Both the position numbers and the translations under genes were made by a program. Of a stretch of 32,000 nt of DNA, positions 1 to 9,308 are shown one piece after another (the stretch's first letter is position 1; every line of letters starts with the position of its first letter). The notes beneath the pieces were generated by a model, which made no database searches, was not told where the DNA came from, and saw only the letters and a list, made by a program, of their open reading frames with translations. Source of the stretch: Promethearchaeota archaeon (GTDB lineage: Archaea; Asgardarchaeota; Lokiarchaeia; Sigyniarchaeales; SOKP01); assembly GCA_030606485.1 (NCBI GenBank), contig JAUWGH010000005.1, positions 310,778-342,777 on the forward strand. Direction: 5' to 3'.

Positions 1-277
1 GTTTATAACTTAATACTTTTGAAGTTAAAGGAATAGAAAAGGAACTATCAACAATAACCCGAATTAATTTTGTTGGTTCGTAAAATTTTATGTGTAATTT
101 TGGATCATCTTTTAAGATCGTATTTTTTCCAACCATTATTGCATCATATTCGGTCCTAAGTTTATGAACTAGTTTCCAATCCTCTCCATCAGAAAATTCA
201 GTATCACCAGTATATGTGGCAATTTTTCCATCAATACTCATAGCACAACTCAATAAAACATATGGTTTATTTTTCAA
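1..277 (-). CDS. arfC: RibD C-terminal-domain reductase (2,5-diamino-6-ribosylamino-4(3H)-pyrimidinone 5'-phosphate reductase, ArfC/Rib7-like); runs off the window start
   Basis: Not in the ORF track. Manual minus-strand translation from TTG at 277 gives (M)KNKPYVLLSCAMSIDGKIATYTGDTEFSDGEDWKLVHKLRTEYDAIMVGKNTILKDDPKL...RVIVDS, which has the RibD-C motifs (SxDGKIA, H..R...DAIMVG..T...DDP.L, R.IVD). It overlaps the stop codon of the upstream amidohydrolase by 11 nt. Confidence 0.85.
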   Translation of the reverse strand, partial: MKNKPYVLLSCAMSIDGKIATYTGDTEFSDGEDWKLVHKLRTEYDAIMVGKNTILKDDPKLHIKFYEPTKLIRVIVDSSFSIPLTSKVLSYK

Positions 278-1415
278 AAACTACTCTCCCTTTAATATAT
301 ACTTTCTTAATATTAAAACTAGTCGTTCTATGAACAGTTAAATCTAATAAATTTTTATGGTTTATTGTAAAGAAGTTTGAATCCTTAAGATTTATTAAAA
401 AAAAATCAGCAAATTTTCCTACTGAAATTGATCCTATCTCTTTATCTAATCTAAAATTTTTTGCAGCGTTAATAGTTACCATTTTTAGTAAATCTCTCGA
501 TTTTAAGACGTAATTAGGATTCCTTATTTTTGAAACCTTATATAAATATCTCATTTCTTCAAATAAGTCTGGTCTAATTGCCATTATATTATCAGTACCA
601 ATAGAAATTTCTAATTTCATATCTAACATTTCTTTTAATGGAGGTATTCCCATCCCAAAATAACCATTACTTTGAGGGCAAATAACAATTTTTTTATTAT
701 GTTTTTTTATTTTTAATAAGTCTTGTTTATTAAAATGTGTCCCATGAATGAATACATCAATAAAATCTTCAGATAAAATGTTTTCGAGTATAATATTCTC
801 CCTTTTAACCTCAGATATATGAGTTGCAATAATTTTATTAGTATGTGGTTTTTTATTTAAAATATTTTTAATGGTATCTCCATCAATTTTTGAACTTGAT
901 GGAAAACCAATACCATCTGCGATGTTATAAATATCAAATACATCATCATTTTCATGCTGTCGACCTAATATCTTGAATTTAATTGGGGAATCTTTTAATG
1001 CCTTTTTTAATAATTTAATGCCTTTAATTCCAAATTCTCGAAAATCGATAAAAAATGTTATTCCATTAGATAACATTTCATTAACTGCTTCTCTAATACC
1101 TTTAATTATAAAATTTTCATCAGTATCTCTTAATAATTTGTATTTTAGACTATTAGGACCACTTACAACATCTTTAATTGGTTTATTTAAACCAAATTCT
1201 TTCCCAATACTGTCTGCAATATGAATATGACTGTTTATAAAGCCAGGAAGTAAAATTGTCTTACCTTTTCCTAAAGGATTTTTATTATTGATTTTCTCTG
1301 ATTCATTAATTCCTTTAATTATGCCATTTTTTGATATTTCGATAATAACATTCTTTTTTAAATCTAAATCTTCACCAACTAAACAAAAATCAGAAAATAT
1401 CTTTTTACTTACCAT
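267..1415 (-). CDS. Metal-dependent amidohydrolase superfamily protein, deaminase-like subtype
   Basis: PGFINSHIHIAD (HxH), ATHISE (HxxE), FIHGTH, CPQSN, IGTDN, TINAAK and GSISVGKFADF are typical of the cytosine/guanine/SAH-deaminase-like amidohydrolases. Confidence 0.85.
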   Translation of the reverse strand: MVSKKIFSDFCLVGEDLDLKKNVIIEISKNGIIKGINESEKINNKNPLGKGKTILLPGFINSHIHIADSIGKEFGLNKPIKDVVSGPNSLKYKLLRDTDENFIIKGIREAVNEMLSNGITFFIDFREFGIKGIKLLKKALKDSPIKFKILGRQHENDDVFDIYNIADGIGFPSSSKIDGDTIKNILNKKPHTNKIIATHISEVKRENIILENILSEDFIDVFIHGTHFNKQDLLKIKKHNKKIVICPQSNGYFGMGIPPLKEMLDMKLEISIGTDNIMAIRPDLFEEMRYLYKVSKIRNPNYVLKSRDLLKMVTINAAKNFRLDKEIGSISVGKFADFFLINLKDSNFFTINHKNLLDLTVHRTTSFNIKKVYIKGRVVFEK

Positions 1416-1474
1416 ATTTAATGTTATTAAATTATTTTTAATTATAAATATTTAAAAGGAAAATAAAAAATTAA

Positions 1475-2449
1475 GTGATAATTATTTCTAATGAATTTCG
1501 AAAAGATTTACAAGATTCCTATTCTCCTTTAGACGTAGCTATTGATAAAGTTGGTATAATTGGACTCAGAAAAAAAATAGATATAGTAAAAGGCAATTAC
1601 AAATACTCATTCTACCCAAAGATATCAGCTTTAATTAGTCTCCCGGCAAAACAGAGAGGTATTCATATGAGTAGAACTTCTGAAACAATTGAAGAAGTAA
1701 TTAATGAAGTTATTTTTAAGCCCACTCCAACTATAGAAGTAGTCGCTGATCGGATTATAAAAAAATTATTAAAAAAGCATAAATACACTTTAAAAGTTCA
1801 TGTGGAGCTTGAGGGCGATATTGTTATTCAAGTAAGAGAGACTGAGAAAAATAATGTCCAAAAATCTTATTATATAAAAACTGTAGCTAATGGAATAAAA
1901 CAAGATAATGGAGAAGTTAGGTATAAATATTTCATTGGAGTTAGCGCGGTTGGTCTTAATGTATGTCCCTGTAGTATGGAGATGAGTAGAGAATTTGTAG
2001 AAGATTTTATTAAAGCAAGAAGAGATATTAAGATTTCAGAAATTGATTTAAAAAAGTTACTGAACATTCTTCCTGTTTCATCACACAATCAAAGAGCGAA
2101 AGGAACAATTACGGTTGAGATTGATGATGTAGATATAAACTCTATAGATATAATTGATTTGATAAATATAATTGAAAACTCTATGAGTGGTAAGATAAGT
2201 TCTGTCTTAAAACGACCTGAAGAAGCGGAATTGGTTCGAGTCGCTCATCTTAAACCTTTGTTTGCAGAAGATGCCGTAAGAGAAATGGCTAAAAATTTTA
2301 TTAAAAAAGATTTTATAAATTTAAAGGATAAGTTTAGTGTAAAATTTGAAATTACTAGTTTTGAAAGCATTCACTCCTATGATGTTTTTGCTGAACTGAA
2401 TACAACAATAGGAGAATTAAAAAAAATCATTAAAGATATAAAAAATTAG
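1475..2449 (+). CDS. mptA: GTP cyclohydrolase MptA (FolE2/GCH-IV family)
   Basis: DLQD, KVGI, LPAKQRGIHMSR, VCPCS, SHNQR, LKRPEE, PLFAEDAVR and FESIHSYD match FolE2/MptA motifs. GTG start. Confidence 0.9.
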   Translation: MIIISNEFRKDLQDSYSPLDVAIDKVGIIGLRKKIDIVKGNYKYSFYPKISALISLPAKQRGIHMSRTSETIEEVINEVIFKPTPTIEVVADRIIKKLLKKHKYTLKVHVELEGDIVIQVRETEKNNVQKSYYIKTVANGIKQDNGEVRYKYFIGVSAVGLNVCPCSMEMSREFVEDFIKARRDIKISEIDLKKLLNILPVSSHNQRAKGTITVEIDDVDINSIDIIDLINIIENSMSGKISSVLKRPEEAELVRVAHLKPLFAEDAVREMAKNFIKKDFINLKDKFSVKFEITSFESIHSYDVFAELNTTIGELKKIIKDIKN

Positions 2450-2482
2450 GGTCATTATTAAAAAATTAAAAAAAATTAATGT

Positions 2483-3433
2483 TTATTTAAATTCATAAAA
2501 ATATCTACCATGCTTCTCTTTAAATGCTTCTGCTACTTCATCAATTTCGGGTTGGATGAATTCATACCCATCTTTTAACGCTTCATATGTAACAGGAATG
2601 TTTCCTAATACTTCACCATCTACTTGACAAATGAAGGGTTCATCTTCAGGATTTAACATCTCTATTCTAACTTTCTTACTCTCAAACTCATATATATCAG
2701 GGCGCGGAATGTGCGAGGCTGAATACATCCTTTTGAAATTTCTTAATAGAACTAGTTTACTAAGATTACAAACATTGATATAGAATAGACCATCATTAAC
2801 CCGAGCCTTTGCACACATATACATCCCTCCTCCATAGGATGGACCGTTTCCAACTGCAATAAGGGTAGATTCACCTTCATATTTATCATTATCCATTATA
2901 ACTTTGATTTCTCTGTTTTTCCAACGAATAAGTGTCTTTAACACAGCAATTACATAATTCTTTTTTTTACTTTCATTAGCTCGCCTTGCAGCTTCAGCAT
3001 CAAATCCCTGACTTCCGATTCCTATAAAGTAACGTTTAACTCCCTCATCAGTAATTGCCAAACCGATATCGGATTTTCCAGTATGGCCTTCAGCAATTAT
3101 TTCACATGCTCTTTTTATATCTGGTGGGATTCCTATTGCTCCAGGAATATCATTTCCACTTCCCATAGGAATAAATCCGCATAAAGATCCTGTATTAGAA
3201 GTAATGACACCGTTGAAGACTTCATTACATGTTCCATCACCGCCTGCACCTATAACGCGGTAGCCATCTTTTGCCAATTGTGTAGCCAATTCTATCGCGT
3301 GTCCAGCATATTCAGATTCAAATAATTTATATGAAACACCTAAATCATCGAGATATCGGCAAGCTTGATCAATATCTGCTTTTGATTTTCCACCCGCGCT
3401 AATTGGATTGTAAATTATTCCGTGGTCTGTCAT
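2483..3433 (-). CDS. Diacylglycerol/sphingosine kinase-family lipid kinase (YegS/DgkB-like)
   Basis: IYNPISAGG, GAGGDGTCNEVFNG, IPMGSGND, GNGPSYGGGM, QVDGE. Start moved from 3457 to the ATG at 3433 (MTDHG...), which sits just before the conserved NP motif. Confidence 0.9.
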   Translation of the reverse strand: MTDHGIIYNPISAGGKSKADIDQACRYLDDLGVSYKLFESEYAGHAIELATQLAKDGYRVIGAGGDGTCNEVFNGVITSNTGSLCGFIPMGSGNDIPGAIGIPPDIKRACEIIAEGHTGKSDIGLAITDEGVKRYFIGIGSQGFDAEAARRANESKKKNYVIAVLKTLIRWKNREIKVIMDNDKYEGESTLIAVGNGPSYGGGMYMCAKARVNDGLFYINVCNLSKLVLLRNFKRMYSASHIPRPDIYEFESKKVRIEMLNPEDEPFICQVDGEVLGNIPVTYEALKDGYEFIQPEIDEVAEAFKEKHGRYFYEFK

Positions 3434-3545
3434 TTTTATCACTTTTTTATTTATCAATAATAAAAAAAAAATCTTAACAAATCATTTATTTATTAAATAT
3501 GAGATTAAGCTATATAATAGTTTTATTCAAGTGGTGTAAGTTAAT

Positions 3546-4595
3546 ATGACATCTATTGCTATTGAAGGGGATTTCATTGAAACTAAAAAAAAGGGTTTGA
3601 TCTTTGATGTTAAAGGGTTGCTTCATCCTAAAGATAAAATTATTTGCTTTTTGAGATATTATCCCGATTCAAATGGAGATAGAATAAGAAATGATACAAG
3701 ATATTCAAAAATTTATGATTTAGAACAGAGATATGAATTTTTGAGAAAAAATTATCCTGATTTCATTTTTTATTCTAATCAAACAGATATGGAATTACAA
3801 GGAGTAAACATTAAAGAAATTAAACAGATTTACAAACCTAAAAATTGCTATAAGAACTTAAAAAAAGCTGATAATTTATCGCAGAATCAACAAAAAGCTC
3901 TCAATTTTTGTGATATACTCATAAATAATACACAAATAACTAATGATAACATTGGCATCACTGGTTCCATTATGGTTGGGCTAGATGGGGAGAATTCCGA
4001 TATAGATGTGGTTATATATGAAACTGATATCAGTAAAAGGATACAAGAAGAATTGAAAAAAATTTATTTAAATGAAAAGATTCCAGTTCGAAAATATAAC
4101 TTAGAAGAATTCAAAAAGCATTACGAATTTAGAGCGGGCAGTTCTGGCATTTCTTTTGAAAATTTTATGAGAAGCGAAAAGCATAAATTACACCAAGGTA
4201 AATTTCAAGAAACTGATTTCTTTATTAGATACATTAAGAGTCCTCAAGATTGGCCGGGAAAATTTTCTGATTACCTTTATAAAAATTATGGCAGAATAAA
4301 ACTCAAAGCTGAAATTTTGGATTCTTCTGATTCAATTTTTACACCTTGTTCCTATAAAATTAAGCCTTTAAGATTATTAGAATTGGTACCCTTTTCGAAT
4401 GAAATTGAATTAAGCCAAATTCATGAAATATGTTCATTTAGAGGTCGCTTTTGTGAGCAAGCTATAGATCAAGAGAAGGTATATATAGAGGGAAAACTCG
4501 AGAAAGTATTATCTAAGAAGAAAAATGAATATTTTCGAATCATTTTAGGTGAATATAAGGAAGATAAAATGATGTATTGCAATAACACAAATTAA
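3546..4595 (+). CDS. Predicted archaeal nucleotidyltransferase (COG1665-like, pol-beta superfamily)
   Basis: GITGS...SDIDVVIY nucleotidyltransferase motif, N-terminal EGDFIET..G.IFDVKG..HP....FLRY, and a C-terminal OB-like region (FTPCSY...SFRGRFCEQA...GKLEKV). Confidence 0.75.
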   Translation: MTSIAIEGDFIETKKKGLIFDVKGLLHPKDKIICFLRYYPDSNGDRIRNDTRYSKIYDLEQRYEFLRKNYPDFIFYSNQTDMELQGVNIKEIKQIYKPKNCYKNLKKADNLSQNQQKALNFCDILINNTQITNDNIGITGSIMVGLDGENSDIDVVIYETDISKRIQEELKKIYLNEKIPVRKYNLEEFKKHYEFRAGSSGISFENFMRSEKHKLHQGKFQETDFFIRYIKSPQDWPGKFSDYLYKNYGRIKLKAEILDSSDSIFTPCSYKIKPLRLLELVPFSNEIELSQIHEICSFRGRFCEQAIDQEKVYIEGKLEKVLSKKKNEYFRIILGEYKEDKMMYCNNTN

Positions 4596-4704
4596 CTTTT
4601 TTTAATTCTTATTAAAATTTATATTTACTATTGTTAATATATAATAGAAAGAAAAAGACATTTTGTAAGTATTGAAAATTATACAATTATAAATTTATGG
4701 TCCA

Positions 4705-5775
4705 TTGAAGTATAGTATGGCACTAAATTACTCGCCAGAATTTTATTGGTATCTCATAGGTGCAATATTTTGCTTAATAGCCACTATCATAATTGTATGG
4801 AATATCTTTTCAAAAAAAAATAAGACCCACTTTTACTATTTTTTTTCAATATTAAGTATTTCCATTTTCTACTTTTTTACAAGTTTCTCATTCCTGTTTT
4901 TAAGTATAGATTTATATCGAGCGAGTTGTTTCGCAGCTACAATTAGTACAATCTTTTTATTTTTATTTATCGACTTTACATCTCGTGAATCAGTAAGTCC
5001 TATTAATATAGCATTAATAAGTCTTTTAAGTGGGATGGTATTTATCTTAGTTTGGCAAGAGAATTCCATTATATTCTATGACGGATTCGGATATCCATCT
5101 ATTAAAACATCGGGAATATTTACGGTTGTTGGAAATTTAGTTTTATTGTTAAATGTGTTGTTCTATCTTTATTGGGCTTTAAGAATTTCAATAAAAGCAC
5201 CCAAAAAGTTAAGAAAATCATCATTAATCTTTTTATGTGGTACGCTACTTTTATTAAGTGGTTTTTTTATTTGGAGTGCTAAATATCTATTAATGGCTCC
5301 AATTGGTATATTTTTTACTGGGACAGGTATGTTGGTTTCAATAATTTCATGGGTAAAAGAACCAAAAATCCTTTATATATTACCATTTAAAGCCTATAGA
5401 TTAATCGTTCTTCACGGGAAATCGGGTGTTCCATTGTTTAATTACAATTGGGTGGAATATAAAGTGGATGAAGCTATTTACTCAGGCCTTCTACATGCAC
5501 TAAATAATGCAATACAAATCCTAAAAAGGGGCTCAATAAAACATATTTTATTAACAGAAGGAGTTTTAATTATTAAAAAATCGGAAAATGTTTTAGTTGG
5601 ATTAATTGCTGATAAAACATCAAAATTTTTGACTAATTGTATCAATAATTTCACAGATTCATTTGAAAAAAAATATAATTCAGTTTTAAGTGATTGGAAC
5701 CATCAAACTGATCAATTTACTTCAGCAAAGGAATTAATTGAAAGACATTTTGCAAATGTTCCATCTCACTTATAG
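4705..5775 (+). CDS. Seven-TM membrane protein with a C-terminal longin/roadblock-like domain
   Basis: About seven hydrophobic segments in roughly the first 220 aa, then a soluble domain (YRLIVLHGKSGVPLFNYNW...SGLLHAL...F...FEKKY..VLSDW....QF...ELIERHF) resembling Asgard longin-like domains. Start is TTG 4705 or ATG 4717. Confidence 0.65.
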   Translation: MKYSMALNYSPEFYWYLIGAIFCLIATIIIVWNIFSKKNKTHFYYFFSILSISIFYFFTSFSFLFLSIDLYRASCFAATISTIFLFLFIDFTSRESVSPINIALISLLSGMVFILVWQENSIIFYDGFGYPSIKTSGIFTVVGNLVLLLNVLFYLYWALRISIKAPKKLRKSSLIFLCGTLLLLSGFFIWSAKYLLMAPIGIFFTGTGMLVSIISWVKEPKILYILPFKAYRLIVLHGKSGVPLFNYNWVEYKVDEAIYSGLLHALNNAIQILKRGSIKHILLTEGVLIIKKSENVLVGLIADKTSKFLTNCINNFTDSFEKKYNSVLSDWNHQTDQFTSAKELIERHFANVPSHL

Positions 5776-5912
5776 TGTTGATTACCTTCGTAAAAATTCA
5801 ATTCGAATACATCTTCATTCTTTTATGAAAAGATTTTAGAATTTTGTAGAATATTAACTAAAAAGGTTCATTATAATTTTTAATAATATTCTTACAAAAA
5901 GGTGTTTAAAAA

Positions 5913-6758
5913 ATGAATTTTGAGACTATTAAATTTGAATTACAAGAGGATGGAATTGGTATTTTAACACTAAATAGACCAGATAATCTAAATGCTATAA
6001 ATTTTCAAATGGTGGAAGATTTACACAAGTTATATGACCATCTTATGATAAATCTTGATTGTCGTGTTGTTATATTAAAAGCAGCAGGTAGGGTATTTTG
6101 TGCAGGTTCGGATTTAAAAGATGGAAACATTTTAAGGTCTAAAAGAAAACCAGAACAATATAAGAGATTTTATTATTTAGACGTCCCTGAAGTGATCAAG
6201 GGAAAGATGTATTACCAATGGCGCATAACTCAAATAGTTGTTAAAATGAGAAAAATAACTCAACCAATCATCGCAATAATTCATGGACCAGCATCAGGCG
6301 GTGGATTTGCATTTACTATGGCATGTGATATTCGAATTGCAAGTGAAGGCGCAAGATTTAATAACGCTGCTATCAAATTGGGACTCTCTGGTGGGGATGT
6401 TGCGACTAGTTATTTCCTTCCACGACTTATTGGAATGTCAAGAGCCGCAGAAATATTGTATACAGGAAGAACAATAGATGCCAAAGAAGCTGAAAAAATT
6501 GGCTATATTCTTAAGTTAGTAGAGGAGGGTAAATTATTAGATGCTGCACTTGAATTAGCAAAAGACCTATTAAGAAAAAGTCCATTAGGATTACGAATGA
6601 CAAAACAAGTACTCAATTTAACTCTTGATTCGCCTAGTTTGGAAACAATGCTCCAATTAGAGAATAGCAGTCAAATTGTATGTTTCTCTTCAAAAGACCT
6701 TAATGAAGGTGCTACCGCTTTTCTCGAAAAACGAGAGCCAAAATATCCATTGCGCTAA
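5913..6758 (+). CDS. Crotonase-superfamily (enoyl-CoA hydratase/isomerase-like) protein
   Basis: LTLNRPDNLNA, VFCAGSDL, PIIAIIHGPASGGG, ACDIRIA, LPRLIG, TGRTIDAKEA..IG. Confidence 0.9.
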   Translation: MNFETIKFELQEDGIGILTLNRPDNLNAINFQMVEDLHKLYDHLMINLDCRVVILKAAGRVFCAGSDLKDGNILRSKRKPEQYKRFYYLDVPEVIKGKMYYQWRITQIVVKMRKITQPIIAIIHGPASGGGFAFTMACDIRIASEGARFNNAAIKLGLSGGDVATSYFLPRLIGMSRAAEILYTGRTIDAKEAEKIGYILKLVEEGKLLDAALELAKDLLRKSPLGLRMTKQVLNLTLDSPSLETMLQLENSSQIVCFSSKDLNEGATAFLEKREPKYPLR

Positions 6759-6967
6759 AAAGAATTAAATCATCTAATTTTCCATCCTTTTTTTTCAATA
6801 GGAAGTATATCTAAAAAATTTAAAATTGATTTTAATTATAGAATATTAATTAAATCTTCTAAAATTAATAGTGAAAAATAAATATACTATTAAAATGATT
6901 AAATTATTTATACTTTCTTTTTTTAAAGGTAGTAATTAGAAATAGTAAGTAATAGTGGAAAAAAAAA

Positions 6968-8167
6968 TTAAATATAATCAACTTCAAAAGGTGTTTTAGG
7001 TAGGACTTCTGCACCTTTACTTGTAACAAGGGTAGGAGATTCTAATCGCAATCCTCCAATCTTTGGATTATTAAATACAATAGCGGCTATTTCAACCATT
7101 CCTTCTTCAAATACCATGTGACCCCATTCTTTACCAAAAGTTACAATCGGCCAACTTTCATTTCCGATACATCCTATACCATGCCCCATCGCGAAGAATA
7201 GATCTTTTTCATGTCCTGAAGCTTTAGCTACTTTATTCACTTCTTCATAGCATTCACCAAATGTTTTCCCTGGGACCCAATTATCTATAAGTGCATAGCA
7301 TAGTTGTTCGTACAAATCGTTGAAAGCTTTTAATTCTGGAGGACATTTCCCAAGAACATAATTATGGCTTAAATCCCCAAGATAACAACCGTACTCTGAA
7401 TGGAGGTCGACTAATAAAGATTCACCTTCCATAACTAGCTTATTAGTAGCTGGAGTGCATCCACCCCAAATATAACTCGCTCGGTATCCTGAGCCAATCT
7501 CTTCACCTCCAGTGAAGGTCCATTCAAAATTACTCCCCGCTTTTCTCATTGCAAGAGTTCCAATTCCAGCAATCTCATTTTCTGTAAAAACTTTCTCCGA
7601 AGGACGTTCAATTAATGCTTTCTTAACGGCCTCTTGCCCCACATCTGTGATCTCACTTGCTTTCCGCAACATTGCGATCTCTTCGGGTTCCTTAATAAAC
7701 TGGATTCGCTCAGTTTTATCATTAAAATCCACAAATTCACATCCTGGAAATGCTTTCTTTAGGAGTTGTGCCTCTCCGTACTGAAGCATTCCCCCACTAA
7801 TACAAATATCTTGACCAAGCTCAACACCAATTCTGGGGGGCCTACCTTTTGGGTTATATACTCCTGCCTTTTTAGCAGCAGTTTTAATTTTCTTTTCTAA
7901 GTAGAAACCCTTCATGGGTCCAATTCCCTCTACTTTCAACTGACCTTCAGCTTTACATCGCTCTACATCCAGGAGTACTGTAAAGAGAATTGGCTCCCCA
8001 GCTCCCTCTTTAGGTAGAAATATCGCACTACGCCATGGGACGAATGCTCCAGTAAGATATGTTATGGACTTTACACGTGTGAGCACGCAAAAATCGAGAT
8101 TAAGCTCATTCATAGCATTTAGATACTTCTTTATGTGTCCCTTCCAATTAATTTTGATTTCACTCAT
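6968..8167 (-). CDS. M24 (Xaa-Pro peptidase/creatinase-fold) hydrolase
   Basis: Creatinase N-domain followed by IKEPEEIAMLRKA, VDL...Y..D, GHGIG and GGLRLES..LVT..GAEVL. Confidence 0.85.
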   Translation of the reverse strand: MSEIKINWKGHIKKYLNAMNELNLDFCVLTRVKSITYLTGAFVPWRSAIFLPKEGAGEPILFTVLLDVERCKAEGQLKVEGIGPMKGFYLEKKIKTAAKKAGVYNPKGRPPRIGVELGQDICISGGMLQYGEAQLLKKAFPGCEFVDFNDKTERIQFIKEPEEIAMLRKASEITDVGQEAVKKALIERPSEKVFTENEIAGIGTLAMRKAGSNFEWTFTGGEEIGSGYRASYIWGGCTPATNKLVMEGESLLVDLHSEYGCYLGDLSHNYVLGKCPPELKAFNDLYEQLCYALIDNWVPGKTFGECYEEVNKVAKASGHEKDLFFAMGHGIGCIGNESWPIVTFGKEWGHMVFEEGMVEIAAIVFNNPKIGGLRLESPTLVTSKGAEVLPKTPFEVDYI

Positions 8168-8286
8168 TTTAAAACAACTCTATAAATATTAGTTTAACTC
8201 TTATTAATATAAAGTTTTATACAAATTTTTTACCCTTCTAGATTGATACAGTTAAATAATAAAGGATTTTTAAGATTAGTTTAAAA

Positions 8287-9204
8287 ATGAAACTGAAACT
8301 TGCCACTAGGGTTTTAAATGAAGAATATTTCATTAACACCTTTCTAGAATATTACGTGAGTCTAGGAGTAGATGAGATTCATATTTTTGATTGTAGTTCT
8401 TATGATAATACCTTAAATATTATTAGCGCTTGGCAAAGTAAGCATAAAGGTATAATTCTCGCTCTTTCTGATAAGCGGTTTAGACACACAAGTTATATTA
8501 ATGCATCAAATTTCTGTAATTATATATTAGAATACGCAATCAATAATCAAATACAATCGGACGAAGATAGTTGGTGGATTTTTGCCGATATTGATGAATT
8601 TATTCGGGCTCCTAACGATAAGAATCTAAAAAAGTTCTTAAAAGAGTGTCATAACGATTTAATTAGAACAGTCTTTATTGATTGGCAACCTCCGCCTGAA
8701 CTGATAAATCAAAATTTAGAATTAAATTATATATTAAGAAATGTTCGACTAGGAAGATATAAAGGTTATATCCAAAAACTTTATGGGGATCCATTTTATA
8801 AAGATTATATCATCAATTTCACTCCTCACAATATAAAAACCTATGAAAAAATAAAAACAATCGCTGGATTTCATAGATTTATTTTAAAAAATCAAATTTT
8901 TTTACCTCCAAATGAATTCCTTATTGTAGATCACCTTCGAACGGTTCCATTTCATATTTCTAAAAAAAGAATTAATAAACGTTTAAAACTACTCCAAGAT
9001 GAGCAAGATGATTGGCTTTTAGAACATTTTCTTCAATTAAAAAACCGATTTGAAGATTATGAACGTTTTTATAAGAATAGTAAATTGTATGCTTTTGAAG
9101 ATCTCAAAGAAATCTTGAAAAAAATCCAAGAATATGATAATCAAGAGAGTTATTTCAATAATGTGATTGTAAAAGAAAATATTCTAAAAACAAAGTTGAT
9201 ATAA
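8287..9204 (+). CDS. Glycosyltransferase family 2-like (GT-A fold)
   Basis: RVLNEEYFI..FLEYY..LGVDEIHIFD..SYDNT and WWIFADIDEF (DxD motif). Confidence 0.75.
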   Translation: MKLKLATRVLNEEYFINTFLEYYVSLGVDEIHIFDCSSYDNTLNIISAWQSKHKGIILALSDKRFRHTSYINASNFCNYILEYAINNQIQSDEDSWWIFADIDEFIRAPNDKNLKKFLKECHNDLIRTVFIDWQPPPELINQNLELNYILRNVRLGRYKGYIQKLYGDPFYKDYIINFTPHNIKTYEKIKTIAGFHRFILKNQIFLPPNEFLIVDHLRTVPFHISKKRINKRLKLLQDEQDDWLLEHFLQLKNRFEDYERFYKNSKLYAFEDLKEILKKIQEYDNQESYFNNVIVKENILKTKLI

Positions 9205-9308
9205 ATTCTCTTATTTAATTTAAACATAAATTTTATAAAAATAAAATCAAAAAATCTAAGCAATAAAAGAAATTTTATTTTATTTATTCAGATAAATTTC
9301 AAAATTAT

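Noticed and set aside
973-1224. 83-aa + strand ORF
   Set aside because: Antisense shadow of the amidohydrolase gene with no recognisable motifs.
1870-2088. 72-aa - strand ORF
   Set aside because: Antisense shadow inside mptA.
4869-7784. Short ORFs 4869-5069, 6283-6477 and 7512-7784
   Set aside because: Each lies wholly within a well-supported longer gene (antisense or alternate frame) and has no motifs.
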